The position numbers and the translations under genes are program-made. Shown here one piece after another: positions 8,365-17,901 of a stretch of DNA of 21,083 nt. Position 1 is the stretch's first letter. Every line of letters starts with the position of its first letter. This stretch comes from an uncultured Chlamydiae bacterium. GTDB lineage: Bacteria > Chlamydiota > Chlamydiia > Chlamydiales > Parachlamydiaceae. The notes under the pieces were generated by a model. The model was not told the DNA's origin and made no database searches. It was given only the letters and a program-made list of their open reading frames with translations. Location of the stretch: assembly GCA_963830365.1 (NCBI GenBank), contig CAWHMU010000043.1:1-21083 (forward strand), given 5' to 3'.

Positions 8365-9165
8365 TTATAGCTCGTAGCCATACCATTGAATGTCTTTTTC
8401 ATAGACTTTGAGTTTATCCCGTATCATTTCCATGATCATGTTTTTGACCTCGGCGGGGACATTCCCCTCGTCGATATGGTTGCCGTGGAAGCGGGTTTCG
8501 GTATCAAAGGCATAAAAATCTTTATATTCGTTGGTCAGATTGTTAATGTTTTCCTTGGCAAAATTGGTGATGACATAATCTCGATCGGCTTGCGAAACGT
8601 TGAAGGTAAAAACCTTTTGGAGTGTATCTATAATATAACCGATATCATTTTCAAAAAGTTCGTACTTTAAAATGATGCGATTTTTATAGGTCGTCAGAAA
8701 AAGCCGCATTTGATTAATTTGATTGATATAGGCTGTGATATATTTGTCGATAACCCTGTTTGCCTCGTCAAGATCGATGCCATTTCCCTGAGTTATTTGG
8801 TTTTCAAGATACCACACGCGTATTGAAGAATAACAAGCGTGGATTGGATTGCGGATAGTACAGATATGCAGTGATGGGCAATTTCTGATTAAAAAGCTAT
8901 TAACTAAATCATATTGTAATTTCGAATCGTCTTGAGTAAAATTGTCCGGGGTGTGGCCTGGAAAATGCTGCTTCATCACGTCGGCATTGCCTAAGATAGT
9001 ACGCACCACGTTATAAACTAAGGTGCTGCCGGTCCGATAGGGGGTGGTAATTGAAATGTCATGACACCGCCCCGTGTCATAATTGAAGCGGCTATAAGCT
9101 TCTTTGGAGGCGTATAACTGGCCTAAAAGAAGCGGGATAAAAAAGAACAGCCATTTAATTTTCAT
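8365..9165 (-). CDS. Sulfotransferase-fold (PAPS-binding) protein with predicted signal peptide
   Basis: Likely start ATG 9165 with GGAG RBS; MKIKWLFFFIPLLLGQLYAS; 5'-PSB-like TPYRTGSTLVYN; 3'-PB-like IRNPIHACYS; LKYE. More AT-rich than its neighbours. Confidence 0.6.
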   Translation of the reverse strand: MKIKWLFFFIPLLLGQLYASKEAYSRFNYDTGRCHDISITTPYRTGSTLVYNVVRTILGNADVMKQHFPGHTPDNFTQDDSKLQYDLVNSFLIRNCPSLHICTIRNPIHACYSSIRVWYLENQITQGNGIDLDEANRVIDKYITAYINQINQMRLFLTTYKNRIILKYELFENDIGYIIDTLQKVFTFNVSQADRDYVITNFAKENINNLTNEYKDFYAFDTETRFHGNHIDEGNVPAEVKNMIMEMIRDKLKVYEKDIQWYGYEL

Positions 9166-9547
9166 CGATACTCCAGCAATTTTTTCGATATTTAGCAATA
9201 GGAACTGCCAAAACTTTGGTGAATTTTCACAAAGCCCTGTATAGAGGCGTATAGGCGCGGTTTAATTTTTTACCAATTTGATGTAGATAAAGCAATAATT
9301 ATTCGTAGAACTTTTTTAAAAAACTCCGGATGTATCTATGGGGCATTACTTTGCCGGTAAGGAATTGTCGCACCTCAAGCCTATACCATGATCTAGTGAG
9401 AATTTGACAACCACGCTTTTGCCCCCTACTGGTTTTTTTGTCCAAATTAGTAGGTAATTTGTAGCCGATGTGATATGAATACTGGTTTGGGAATTCGAAA
9501 TCCCTTATAATAACTGGTAGTTGGTATCAATAACCCCCTTTTTTATT

Positions 9548-10537
9548 ATGCAAATCAATCGCCGTCCCCTTTATAACTCATTGCGCATGAATTGGGTCAT
9601 GGATCCCACTTTGGATGTGGAGCCATGGCAAGTGGAAGATTACCGCGCCATGCCTTTGGATGTGCTTTTTGAAAGACTTGAGGACAAGGGCATATGCCTT
9701 GACAAGTCATCATTTAAGATCTATGCGGAGAGTGTTGACACGCCGGAAGATTTAACAGATGCCTTGCTGGCCGATTTTGACGAGGCCGATACCAAGACGC
9801 AAGATCAAGTTTATCTGACTATCTTTGAGCTATGGCGCCGCCTGTTGCCGGAAAAAAACTGTTTATCGATTTTTTGTGACGAGCTCGACCATCAGATACA
9901 CCTCTTTGATGGAGGACAAGTTGAAAGTATTGAATCCATTCAGGATGCGTTGGCCAACCTGCAAGCCATTCTTGATGAGAATGTCGACAATGGATCAGAT
10001 CCGGTCGAAGCCTTTGAATGCATCGAGTCAGGCTGTGCCAATGATATTGAAATATTCCTGCATGACTTCATTGCCGAACTGATCGATGAAGGCAACTATT
10101 CCTATGCCAATGAGCTGCTGGATGGTTTTCTCAATTATTTGCATGACGTGAAATGGTTTGAATTCTTGCGCGCGCGGCTGCTGGCAGCCAATAATAACGT
10201 TGCCGAAGCCACGCTGATGATCAGGGAGCTAATCGAAGATAAATCAAGTCCGCCGGATCTTGAACTCAATCTTGAAATCCTCTCCTTCATGGTGCGCAAT
10301 GGTGATCGGGAGACTTTTGAGCGTTTGGTGCGTCAGACGACGGATCTGTTGCAGATCGAAGAGGATTTTCAAGCTTTGCTGTCGATCTGCGCCGATTTCT
10401 TTCACCGTCTGGATTGCGAACAGGTGGAGGAAGCGCTGCTATCGTTGTTGAAGCAACGCCAAAAGCATGATGGCGAGAAAAAGTTCGATCGCCGCGAGCC
10501 GCAATTAAAAGAATTTATTAAAATTATTTCGCGTTAA
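9548..10537 (+). CDS. Conserved hypothetical acidic helical protein (resembles a Chlamydiae-conserved family)
   Basis: Long ORF, likely start ATG 9548. The N-terminus RRPLYNSLRMNW..VEPWQVEDYR is recalled from chlamydial hypothetical proteins (not verified). Confidence 0.7.
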   Translation: MQINRRPLYNSLRMNWVMDPTLDVEPWQVEDYRAMPLDVLFERLEDKGICLDKSSFKIYAESVDTPEDLTDALLADFDEADTKTQDQVYLTIFELWRRLLPEKNCLSIFCDELDHQIHLFDGGQVESIESIQDALANLQAILDENVDNGSDPVEAFECIESGCANDIEIFLHDFIAELIDEGNYSYANELLDGFLNYLHDVKWFEFLRARLLAANNNVAEATLMIRELIEDKSSPPDLELNLEILSFMVRNGDRETFERLVRQTTDLLQIEEDFQALLSICADFFHRLDCEQVEEALLSLLKQRQKHDGEKKFDRREPQLKEFIKIISR

Positions 10538-10708
10538 CCTGTTGAAGCTGAGTGTAAAGTGCTTTTGGCGTTGAAATGCTAAATTCCACTGCATCTTCCT
10601 TATTTTCAGAAGCCTAGCAAGACCCCTCTTAGGGGTGCTAAAAGCGATTTCAAAATAAATCTCCGTCTTGACTTTAAAGCTCAAAACACCGATATCAAGG
10701 GACGAAAA

Positions 10709-10756
10709 ACACAAGCTGTTGTGCTTTGCGTGTTGAAGCAACACAACATGTTGTGT
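10709..10756. promoter_or_regulatory. Tandem NrdR boxes
   Basis: ACACAAGCTGTTGTGC (10709-10724) and the perfect palindrome ACACAACATGTTGTGT (10741-10756), 32 bp start to start, match the acaCwAtATaTwGtgt consensus directly upstream of an RNR gene. Confidence 0.85.
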
Positions 10757-10774
10757 TTTAAGAGCTACAATGCG

Positions 10775-10803
10775 TTGCGTACTAGGGAAGAATGTGATAA
10801 AAT
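10775..10803 (+). promoter_or_regulatory. Sigma70/66-type promoter for nrdJ
   Basis: TTGCGT (10775-10780), 17 nt spacer, TAAAAT (10798-10803) with TGn extended -10; GGGGGAG RBS before ATG 10826. Confidence 0.6.
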
Positions 10804-10825
10804 TATATTTAACGGGGGGAGATTC

Positions 10826-12838
10826 ATGACAAAACCAACAGCGCGGGCCGTGGCGACGGCACTGCGTACTTATCATCGTCCGATTCGCGAGGGGGATACC
10901 CTGCTTGAGAGCTGGGAACAAGTGGTAGAACGCGTCGTCAGCCATCAAGGATGGCTGTGGGAGCGGGCATTAGGGCGTTCGCTAAATGAACGGGAAGATG
11001 ATGAACTTGAGGAAATGCGCTATCTGATTCTCAACCGACATATTTCGGCTTCGGGACGGACTTTGTGGCTGGGTGGGACCGAGCTTAGCCGTACGCGCGA
11101 GTCCAGCATGTTCAACTGTTCCTATACGCATGTAGAAACTGTTTATGATATGGTCGATGTCCTGTGGCTCCTGCTGCAAGGCTGCGGCGTAGGTTTCAGA
11201 CCGATTACAGGCACGCTTAATGGTTTCAGACGCCCCCTGCATGAAATCAATGTTATCCGATCGAACCGTACCGCCAAAGGCGGCGTGCAGCACAATGTTG
11301 AGACTTATGATCCCCAGACGCATACATGGACGATTAAAGTTGGCGATTCGGCCATTGCCTGGGCAAAAGCCATCGGCAAGCTTGTGGCCGGTAAATTCCC
11401 TGCCAGAAGCCTGATTTTGGATTTTTCTGAAATTCGTCCCGCCGGCACACGCCTTAAAGGCTATGGCTGGATTTCTTCCGGTGACGAGCAGATATCCAAA
11501 GCCTTCAAAGCGATTGCCAAGATTTTGTCCGACCGTTCCGACCAGTTGCTGACGCGCATGGATATCCTTGATATTGTCAACTGGTTGGGTACGATCCTTT
11601 CCAGCCGCCGTTCGGCGCAGATTGCGCTGTTTGAATACGGACAGCCGGAATGGGAAGAGTTTGCTTTGGCCAAGAAAGAATGGTGGCTTAAGGGCAATGC
11701 CCACCGCCAGCAGTCGAACAACAGCCTGCTATTCCGCGCCAAGCCTTCCAGGCAGGAATTGGAACAGCTCTTTCAGCTGATGCTGGAATCGGGAGGTTCA
11801 GAGCCTGGCTTTATCAATGCTGGTGAAGCAGAAAGGCGGGCGCCTTGGTTTAAAGGCTGCAACCCCTGTGTTGAAATTTTGTTGGGGAACAAGAGTTTTT
11901 GCAACCTGACAGAAGTCAATGTGTTGGCTTTTAAAGGGGATAAAGTCGGTCTTGAGCGGGCGTTGTATATTGCCGGCCGGATGAATTACCGCCAGACGAT
12001 GGTCAATTTGCGTGATGAGATCCTGCAGGAAGCCTGGCATTTGAACAACCAGTTTCTGCATCTTTGCGGCGTCGGCCTGACTGGCATACGTGCCAGACCT
12101 GATCTTACGGCCTATGATTACAAGCGTATGCGCAATATCACCGTCAGTGCCGCCTATAGCATGGCCAATGAGCTCAATGCGCCGCTGCCGAAAAACGTCA
12201 CCTGTGTCAAGCCGAGCGGCACGCTCAGCAAGATCATGGGGACGGTGGAATGGGGTGAAGTGCCGGAGGGTATCCATATGCCGCTTGGGAAATACCTGTT
12301 TAACAACATCACCTATTCCAAGCATGATCCGCTGGTGACGCGTTTCCGTACGGCAGGCTATTCGGTCATTGAAAAACCTTTTGAACCGGAGTCGGTACTG
12401 GTGAAGTTTCCTGTGAAGTACGACAGCGTGTTATTCACGCGTACCAATGTGACGCGTAAAAATGGCAAGGTCGAAGAGGTGGAGATCAATGCGGAATCGG
12501 CCGTCGATCAGCTTGAGTGGTATCGCCTGTTGCAGGAAACCTGGTGTGAACAGAACGTTTCCAATACGGTTTCCTATGAACCTTCGGAAGTGCCGGCGAT
12601 CATCGACTGGCTGCTGAAAAATTGGGAATGCTATGTGGGTGTTTCCTTCCTTTTCCGCAATGATCCGACCAAAAATGCGGAAGATTTGGGCTATGCCTAT
12701 CTGCCGCAAGAGGTGATTACCAAGGAAGCCTATGACACCTATGTGTCACGATTGAAGGATATCGACTATACCGGTATCGAGGTGCGCGATGAGGAGTCGG
12801 CCGAGACATGTGCTACAGGGGCCTGTCCGATCCGTTAA
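10826..12838 (+). CDS. nrdJ: Class II adenosylcobalamin-dependent ribonucleotide reductase (monomeric RTPR type)
   Basis: RTYHRP, SGRTLWLGG, FNCS, GCGVGF, RRSAQIAL, QSNNS, NPCVEI, FCNLTE, TCVKPSGT and C-terminal CATGACPIR. True start is ATG 10826, since the track start 10721 lies in the NrdR boxes. Confidence 0.93.
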   Translation: MTKPTARAVATALRTYHRPIREGDTLLESWEQVVERVVSHQGWLWERALGRSLNEREDDELEEMRYLILNRHISASGRTLWLGGTELSRTRESSMFNCSYTHVETVYDMVDVLWLLLQGCGVGFRPITGTLNGFRRPLHEINVIRSNRTAKGGVQHNVETYDPQTHTWTIKVGDSAIAWAKAIGKLVAGKFPARSLILDFSEIRPAGTRLKGYGWISSGDEQISKAFKAIAKILSDRSDQLLTRMDILDIVNWLGTILSSRRSAQIALFEYGQPEWEEFALAKKEWWLKGNAHRQQSNNSLLFRAKPSRQELEQLFQLMLESGGSEPGFINAGEAERRAPWFKGCNPCVEILLGNKSFCNLTEVNVLAFKGDKVGLERALYIAGRMNYRQTMVNLRDEILQEAWHLNNQFLHLCGVGLTGIRARPDLTAYDYKRMRNITVSAAYSMANELNAPLPKNVTCVKPSGTLSKIMGTVEWGEVPEGIHMPLGKYLFNNITYSKHDPLVTRFRTAGYSVIEKPFEPESVLVKFPVKYDSVLFTRTNVTRKNGKVEEVEINAESAVDQLEWYRLLQETWCEQNVSNTVSYEPSEVPAIIDWLLKNWECYVGVSFLFRNDPTKNAEDLGYAYLPQEVITKEAYDTYVSRLKDIDYTGIEVRDEESAETCATGACPIR

Positions 12839-12867
12839 TTAATTTTGTTAATTGGGTATGAAATTTT

Positions 12868-12905
12868 AAGAGCAAGGCGACGTAGAGTGCCTTGCTCTTT
12901 TTTTT
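12868..12905 (+). terminator. Rho-independent terminator of nrdJ
   Basis: AAGAGCAAGGC/GCCTTGCTCTT stem followed by a T run. Confidence 0.85.
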
Positions 12906-12947
12906 GTCTTAAGACGAGCTGCCAGTAAAGACGGTGGGTGGTATTAA

Positions 12948-13342
12948 AGCGTAGACTTCAGTCTGCGCTTGTTTGCACAGGTTTGAACCCAATGTCATCA
13001 AAATAAAAAATATTTTATATTTTTCATTCATAAAGATCCAGCCTAAACCTAACACCAGGTAGCTTCTTGCGTCGTCGCGTTTCCTCTGCGTCTCTGCGTT
13101 GGAATTGGATTCACAGACCATTGACTAGGTACAATGATTCAAGTTTTCCTACAGTAATACTTTCTAGAAAGTTTAACGCAGAGACGCAGAGGAGACGCGA
13201 CGACGCAAGGAAATACACTTGCATTGTTTTTTATTTTGATGACATTGGGTTTTAACCTAAATTCCCGAGAAATCATACCTGGATTTGTGTAATTACCTAA
13301 TAATAAGATGGTTAACGAGCGCAGACTGAAGTCTCCGCTACA
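12948..13342. repeat. Three-layer nested inverted-repeat structure (~395 bp)
   Basis: Outer REP pair 12948-12969/13318-13339 (21/22; minus arm reads GTAG-CGGAGAC-TTCA-GTCTGCG); middle pair 12979-13010/13227-13258 (30/32); inner pair 13066-13100/13175-13209 (34/35). Confidence 0.92.
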
Positions 13343-13354
13343 TAATTGGGACTT

Positions 13355-14100
13355 TTACAGGATTTGGATGGGGGTGAAATCGAGGTAGTCGCAGGAGGTA
13401 AGGCGGTAATTTACGCCATTTTTCAGGCCGAAAGGCAGGGAGTTTGGTTTTACGTTATGCAGATGGCCGAACACGCAGTGGCTGACGTGGTATTTTTCCA
13501 GCAGGGCAGAGACACGCGAGGGCTGCAGGTCGGCTCCGATGGGAGGGTAGTGGGTCATGGCCAGGCGTATTTTGCTGTCGCGCGGCAGGGCCCGCAGGCT
13601 CAATTCAAGGCGTCCTAGTTCACGCTCAAAAATCTTTTCGGCTTCGGACGGCGTATCGACATGCGTAAGGGCATTGGCTTTGGGGTTGTCGATATAATCG
13701 ATGAAGGGGCCAAAAGAATATTCAGGTGAATCCCACATGCGCGCGCCGCAGACGGCGACATCATGCCAGGCAAAGGCATTATTTTGGATCACATGGATGG
13801 AAGGGGGAGGATTTTCTCGACCTTATTCAGCGAATTCCACCAATAGTCGTGATTGCCGCGGATCATCACCTTGGTGCCGGGCAGGGCGGCGATGAAGTCC
13901 AGATCTGGCTGGGCATCTTCGGTATGCATGGCCCACGAGATATCTCCGGGGAGGAGGACAAGGTCATCCGGCGCGATCAGACGCAGCCAGTGGGTGCGGA
14001 TTTTTTCAGGATGGCCAGCCCATTTGTCGCCGAAGAGATCCATGCTTTTGCCTGGCACGCCGAAAGAAAGATGTAGGTCTGCTAAAGCCCATACCGCCAT
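13355..14100 (-). CDS. Calcineurin-like metallophosphoesterase, split by a frameshift in the G5 run at 13803-13807
   Basis: DLHLS, GDISWA and RGNHDYW in ORF 13789-14100; MTHYPP and FGHLH in ORF 13355-13792. One extra C restores ..[14 protein letters not shown]. Confidence 0.85.
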
Positions 14101-14132
14101 AAAAAGACTCCTGAAAGTAAAGCGTTTAATTT

Positions 14133-15488
14133 TTAAAGAATGAAGCCGTCGGGGATGGTGGCGCCACGCGGCACGATGATGATGCCATCGCGGATATATA
14201 TGTTATGGCTATCGTAATGGTCCAATTTGTTTTTATTGATCAGCTGTACGCCATTGCCGAGGCAGGCGTGTTTGTCGATGATGGCGCGGCGGATGAGGCA
14301 ATTTTCGCCGATCTGGAATTTTTCGGGCAGCTGGGAGGTTTCGACATTGAGGGCGAAAAAGTCATTCCCCATGAGGTAGGAGTCGCGGATGATGCATCCG
14401 TGTTGGATGATGGAGCGGGGGCCGATGATGCTGCCGGTGATTTCATCGGCGGCGATGGTTGAGCCTTCGCACAGGATGGAATGGGTGACATGCGTGTTTG
14501 ACACGCGAGCCCCGGGTAAGCTATTGTGGCCGGTATAGAGGCGCCAATCTTCATCATAGCAGTTGAAGGGCGGGTTGGGCTGTGTCAGGGCCATATTGGC
14601 CTGGTAGAAAGATGCCACCGTGCCGATATCCTCCCAGTAGCCCGGGTGAATGTAGGCGGCGATATTTCCCTTGTCCACTTGTGTGGGGATGAGGTGTTTG
14701 CCGAAATCTTCCCTGCTGTCTTGCTGCAGCAGGTCGAGCAGGGCCTGGCGTTTGAAGAGGTAGATGCCCATGGAGCCGAGGAAGTCGAGTTTTTTTAAGG
14801 GGTCAAGGCCTAAGCGTATGCTCTCATTGGCAGGCAGACGCATCTTAGTTAACTCGCGTTTCAGCTGCGGTTTTTCGCTGAAGGAGGTAATAAAGTTGGA
14901 ACTATCGATTTGCATTACGCCCATGCGTTTGGTATCAGCTTCAGCCACAGGCAGGCAGGCTACGACGACATCGGCTTGTGTTTCTTGGGCGAAGTGCAGC
15001 AGGTTTCTAAAGTCCATGTTGTAGAGCTGGTCGCCGGAGAGGATAAGGAAGTAGTCGGCCGGGGTCTCCACGAAATAATCGAGATTTTGGCGTACGGCAT
15101 CGGCGGTGCCTTGGAACCAGTTTTTATGCTTGAGTTTTTCTTCCGCCGGCAGCACCTCGACAAAGCCGGCGGAGAAGGGATCCATGCGGTAGGTGGCAAA
15201 GAGGTGCTGGTGCAGCGAACGCGCCAGGAACTGTGTCAGCACGAAGATCTTTTGGCAGCCGGAATTGATGGAGTTGGAAATGGGGATGTCGATCAGGCGG
15301 TAACGACCGCCATAGCACATGGCAGGCTTGCAGCGGGCCATAGTTAGCGGGTAGAGGCGGGAGCCTTGGCCGCCGCCTAAGATGATGGTGGCCACGCGCC
15401 GCATATCGAGGAGATGGCGTTTATGAGCTTGTGGCGCAGGCTGCAGCGTGCGTCTGGAAAGCGATGCGTTGAGTGCTGCCGTTGGCAT
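14133..15488 (-). CDS. glgC: Glucose-1-phosphate adenylyltransferase (ADP-glucose pyrophosphorylase)
   Basis: [68 protein letters not shown] and a C-terminal beta-helix. Confidence 0.95.
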   Translation of the reverse strand: MPTAALNASLSRRTLQPAPQAHKRHLLDMRRVATIILGGGQGSRLYPLTMARCKPAMCYGGRYRLIDIPISNSINSGCQKIFVLTQFLARSLHQHLFATYRMDPFSAGFVEVLPAEEKLKHKNWFQGTADAVRQNLDYFVETPADYFLILSGDQLYNMDFRNLLHFAQETQADVVVACLPVAEADTKRMGVMQIDSSNFITSFSEKPQLKRELTKMRLPANESIRLGLDPLKKLDFLGSMGIYLFKRQALLDLLQQDSREDFGKHLIPTQVDKGNIAAYIHPGYWEDIGTVASFYQANMALTQPNPPFNCYDEDWRLYTGHNSLPGARVSNTHVTHSILCEGSTIAADEITGSIIGPRSIIQHGCIIRDSYLMGNDFFALNVETSQLPEKFQIGENCLIRRAIIDKHACLGNGVQLINKNKLDHYDSHNIYIRDGIIIVPRGATIPDGFIL

Positions 15489-15653
15489 GTGGGCATCCTA
15501 AGTAGGTGTTGACTACAATATTTTAAAATTTAGTGTTTAAAAAAGCCAGTAAATAAATGAGAAAAAGAGCTATAAACGGCCTTTTTATTATTAGTTTTTA
15601 TTTAAAAAAAAGTTGGCTAATTCGGCAAGCAAATTAAGTCGTAATGAAGGTTG

Positions 15654-15720
15654 ATCGCACAAATGAGGGCGTTGCAAAAAATCATCGGCGCTATTTTTGC
15701 AACGCCCTCATTTGTGCGAT
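15654..15720. repeat. Perfect 27 bp-arm palindrome in the divergent glgC/glycosyltransferase intergenic region
   Basis: ATCGCACAAATGAGGGCGTTGCAAAAA (15654-15680) is exactly complementary to 15694-15720; 13 nt loop. Confidence 0.9.
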
Positions 15721-15837
15721 GACCCATAAGGAGGTATTTTTTGGACTTCTTAAAATCCATGACATTGAAGTATGATGTAAGGTTTTTATGGAGAATATGA
15801 CGGTGCGAAACCCGTCAACTTTTTGAGGTGTTTTCTT

Positions 15838-17388
15838 ATGTCGCATGGGCGTTATTTTTCATTGTTGTGCGGGCTGTTGGGCGTTAAGGCGCTGGCCATG
15901 ATTTTTGTGATTCTGTATGCCGGCATTGGACTTGGGCCGGATGAGGCGCAATATTGGACGTGGAGCCGCCTGTTGGACTTCGGGTATTACAGCAAGCCGC
16001 CCGGCATCGCCTGGGAGATATGGGTGGGGAGCGCCCTGTTCGGCAATACGGAGCTTGGTGTGCGCAGCATGGCCGTAGCCGTGGGTTTTGTGCTGGCGCT
16101 GTTAGTCTATGCCGCAGCCAAAGGCTGCCGTTTGTCCCCTGCCGCATGCTTTTGGTCGGGGGCGGCGATGGCCTTTACGCCGATGGGCGTGATGGGCTCA
16201 TTTCTGGCCATCACGGATGGGGGGATGATGCTCTTTTGGACGGCGGCCTGTGCCTATCTGGTCAGTAAGATCCAGCAAGCAGAGACGCCCAGCTATGCCA
16301 TCGTGGGGGTTTTGATACTTGGAGGAGCGCTATTTAAGTGGCCGATTTATAGTTTGTGGATTTTCGTGCTGGCGGCGTGGTTTTACTATCCGTGCCTTAG
16401 ATCCTGGCGCCTTATTCCCGGCCTGCTGCTGTCGCTTGCGGCGTTGCTGCCAAGTATCTACTGGAATGCCACGCATGAGTGGGCGACCTTTAGGCATGTG
16501 CTGTCGACTGTGGCCGGTGGGCATGGCAAAGCCAAGGCCGGGGCGTGGCTGACGGGCAATGTGCTGGAATTTATCGGCGCGCAGGTAGCGCTGGTCTCGC
16601 CGATCGTTTTTGGGATTTTGCTGCTGGCTTTATGGAAGATGTTTAAGAAACGGCTGAGGGTAGCGCCAGGGGTGGTATTTTGCGGATTTTTAACGGTGGC
16701 TATCCTGGCGCTAGCGTGTGTATTGTCGATTTTCATGAAGCTGCAGGGCAATTGGGCTATCTTTGCCTATCCCACGGGCTTGGTGGTGGTGGGATGGTAT
16801 GTGGGCGAGGGGCTGGCGGTGCGCAGGCAGTGGCTGGTAGCAGGGCTAGGGTTATCGGTTGTGCTGTGCGCTTTTATCTTCAGCCTGCCGGCGGTGCAGT
16901 CGGGTAGCATCTTCAGCCGCCTGCCAATCCCCTACCGCGTCAACCCTTTCAGGCACAATGTGGGATGGAAGGCCTTGGCAGAACCGCTGCAGCAGATGGG
17001 GTATGATCCGGCCAAGGATTTCCTGTGCGGCGACAAATACCAGATGGCCAGCATACTGAGCTTTTATGGTCCGGGACAGAAGCGGGCGTATTTCTTCAAC
17101 CTGCATGGCGTGCGCAAAAACCAGTTCTCCTTCTGGCCGACTCCGGCGCATCAGCAGCTGGGCAGGCGGGCTTTTTTTGTGGTCGTCGAAAACATGCCGC
17201 AGCTTAAGCTTGCCGTGCCGGAGATGGCAGACAAGTACTTGCAGGAGTTGCAGCCCTATTTCCAAAGCGTGCACTTCCGTGGGGTATTCCCGCTCTTTTC
17301 GGCCTATGGGGAGGTCGTCAAAGGGGCGTTGATTTTTGAAGGCGCGGCATATAACGGGCTGATGCCGGAGGATCCTGAGCTGTATTGA
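15838..17388 (+). CDS. ArnT/PMT-like (GT83/GT39) integral membrane glycosyltransferase
   Basis: PDEAQYWTWS..GYYSKPPG, LFGNTELGVR, ITDG, PSIYWNATHEW..FRH, NWA; many TMs; start probably ATG 15838. Confidence 0.85.
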   Translation: MSHGRYFSLLCGLLGVKALAMIFVILYAGIGLGPDEAQYWTWSRLLDFGYYSKPPGIAWEIWVGSALFGNTELGVRSMAVAVGFVLALLVYAAAKGCRLSPAACFWSGAAMAFTPMGVMGSFLAITDGGMMLFWTAACAYLVSKIQQAETPSYAIVGVLILGGALFKWPIYSLWIFVLAAWFYYPCLRSWRLIPGLLLSLAALLPSIYWNATHEWATFRHVLSTVAGGHGKAKAGAWLTGNVLEFIGAQVALVSPIVFGILLLALWKMFKKRLRVAPGVVFCGFLTVAILALACVLSIFMKLQGNWAIFAYPTGLVVVGWYVGEGLAVRRQWLVAGLGLSVVLCAFIFSLPAVQSGSIFSRLPIPYRVNPFRHNVGWKALAEPLQQMGYDPAKDFLCGDKYQMASILSFYGPGQKRAYFFNLHGVRKNQFSFWPTPAHQQLGRRAFFVVVENMPQLKLAVPEMADKYLQELQPYFQSVHFRGVFPLFSAYGEVVKGALIFEGAAYNGLMPEDPELY

Positions 17389-17412
17389 GCTGGGATTAAA
17401 GCGGGATGAAAT

Positions 17413-17450
17413 AAAAAAGGCCTTGGCGCTATTGCTAGTGCCAAAGCCTT
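17413..17450. terminator. Hairpin terminator between the convergent glycosyltransferase and tRNA genes
   Basis: AAGGCCTTGGCGCTA-TTGC-TAGTGCCAAAGCCTT stem; the upstream A run gives a U tail on the minus (tRNA) strand. Confidence 0.65.
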
Positions 17451-17455
17451 GGGTG

Positions 17456-17542
17456 TGGAAAGAGAGGGATTCGAACCCTCGATACCCTCACGAGTATGCG
17501 TCCTTAGCAGGGACGTGCTTTCGGCCACTCAGCCATCTTTCC
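17456..17542 (-). tRNA. tRNA-Ser(GCT)
   Basis: Acceptor stem GGAAAGA/TCTTTCC, anticodon arm CGTCC-CTGCTAA-GGACG, long variable arm, T arm GAGGG-TTCGAAT-CCCTC; CCA not encoded. Confidence 0.96.
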
Positions 17543-17901
17543 GTATAGATTGGGTAGTCGGCAGCTTTATAAGTTGCACACTGATGAAGATATGGTAACG
17601 GGATGTGGGGTTTTTGTGCAAGGGGCGATTTCAAAAGTTAAAGATTTGGCGGGAGTAAAGAAAAAGTTAGGCGGGTAGATGATATATCGGGTTAAAAATA
17701 AAATAGCAGGATGGCATGATAAGCAGGATAGAAAAGCGATGTGCGGTCGATTTGATGCAGTGTAGGTGCTAGCTTGTGAATTTGATTCAACGCAAAGCGG
17801 AGCAGCGGGAACCCCTCCCATAACTGGAAATAACATAATCTCAAGACTGACCATGTTGCTGAGCTCCTTAGGAGCGGCCATATTTGTAGCCCACAGTGTA
17901 G

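Noticed and set aside
10721..10825. N-terminal extension of NrdJ in the ORF track
   Set aside because: It would run through the NrdR boxes and promoter; the RBS supports ATG 10826.
12909..13255. Mirror ORFs on opposite strands sharing NAETQR..DDAR
   Set aside because: A by-product of the 35 bp inverted repeat; no RBS or protein features.
1000..17332. Many 60-240 aa alternate-frame and antisense ORFs inside the main genes
   Set aside because: Shadow ORFs expected in moderately GC-rich coding DNA.
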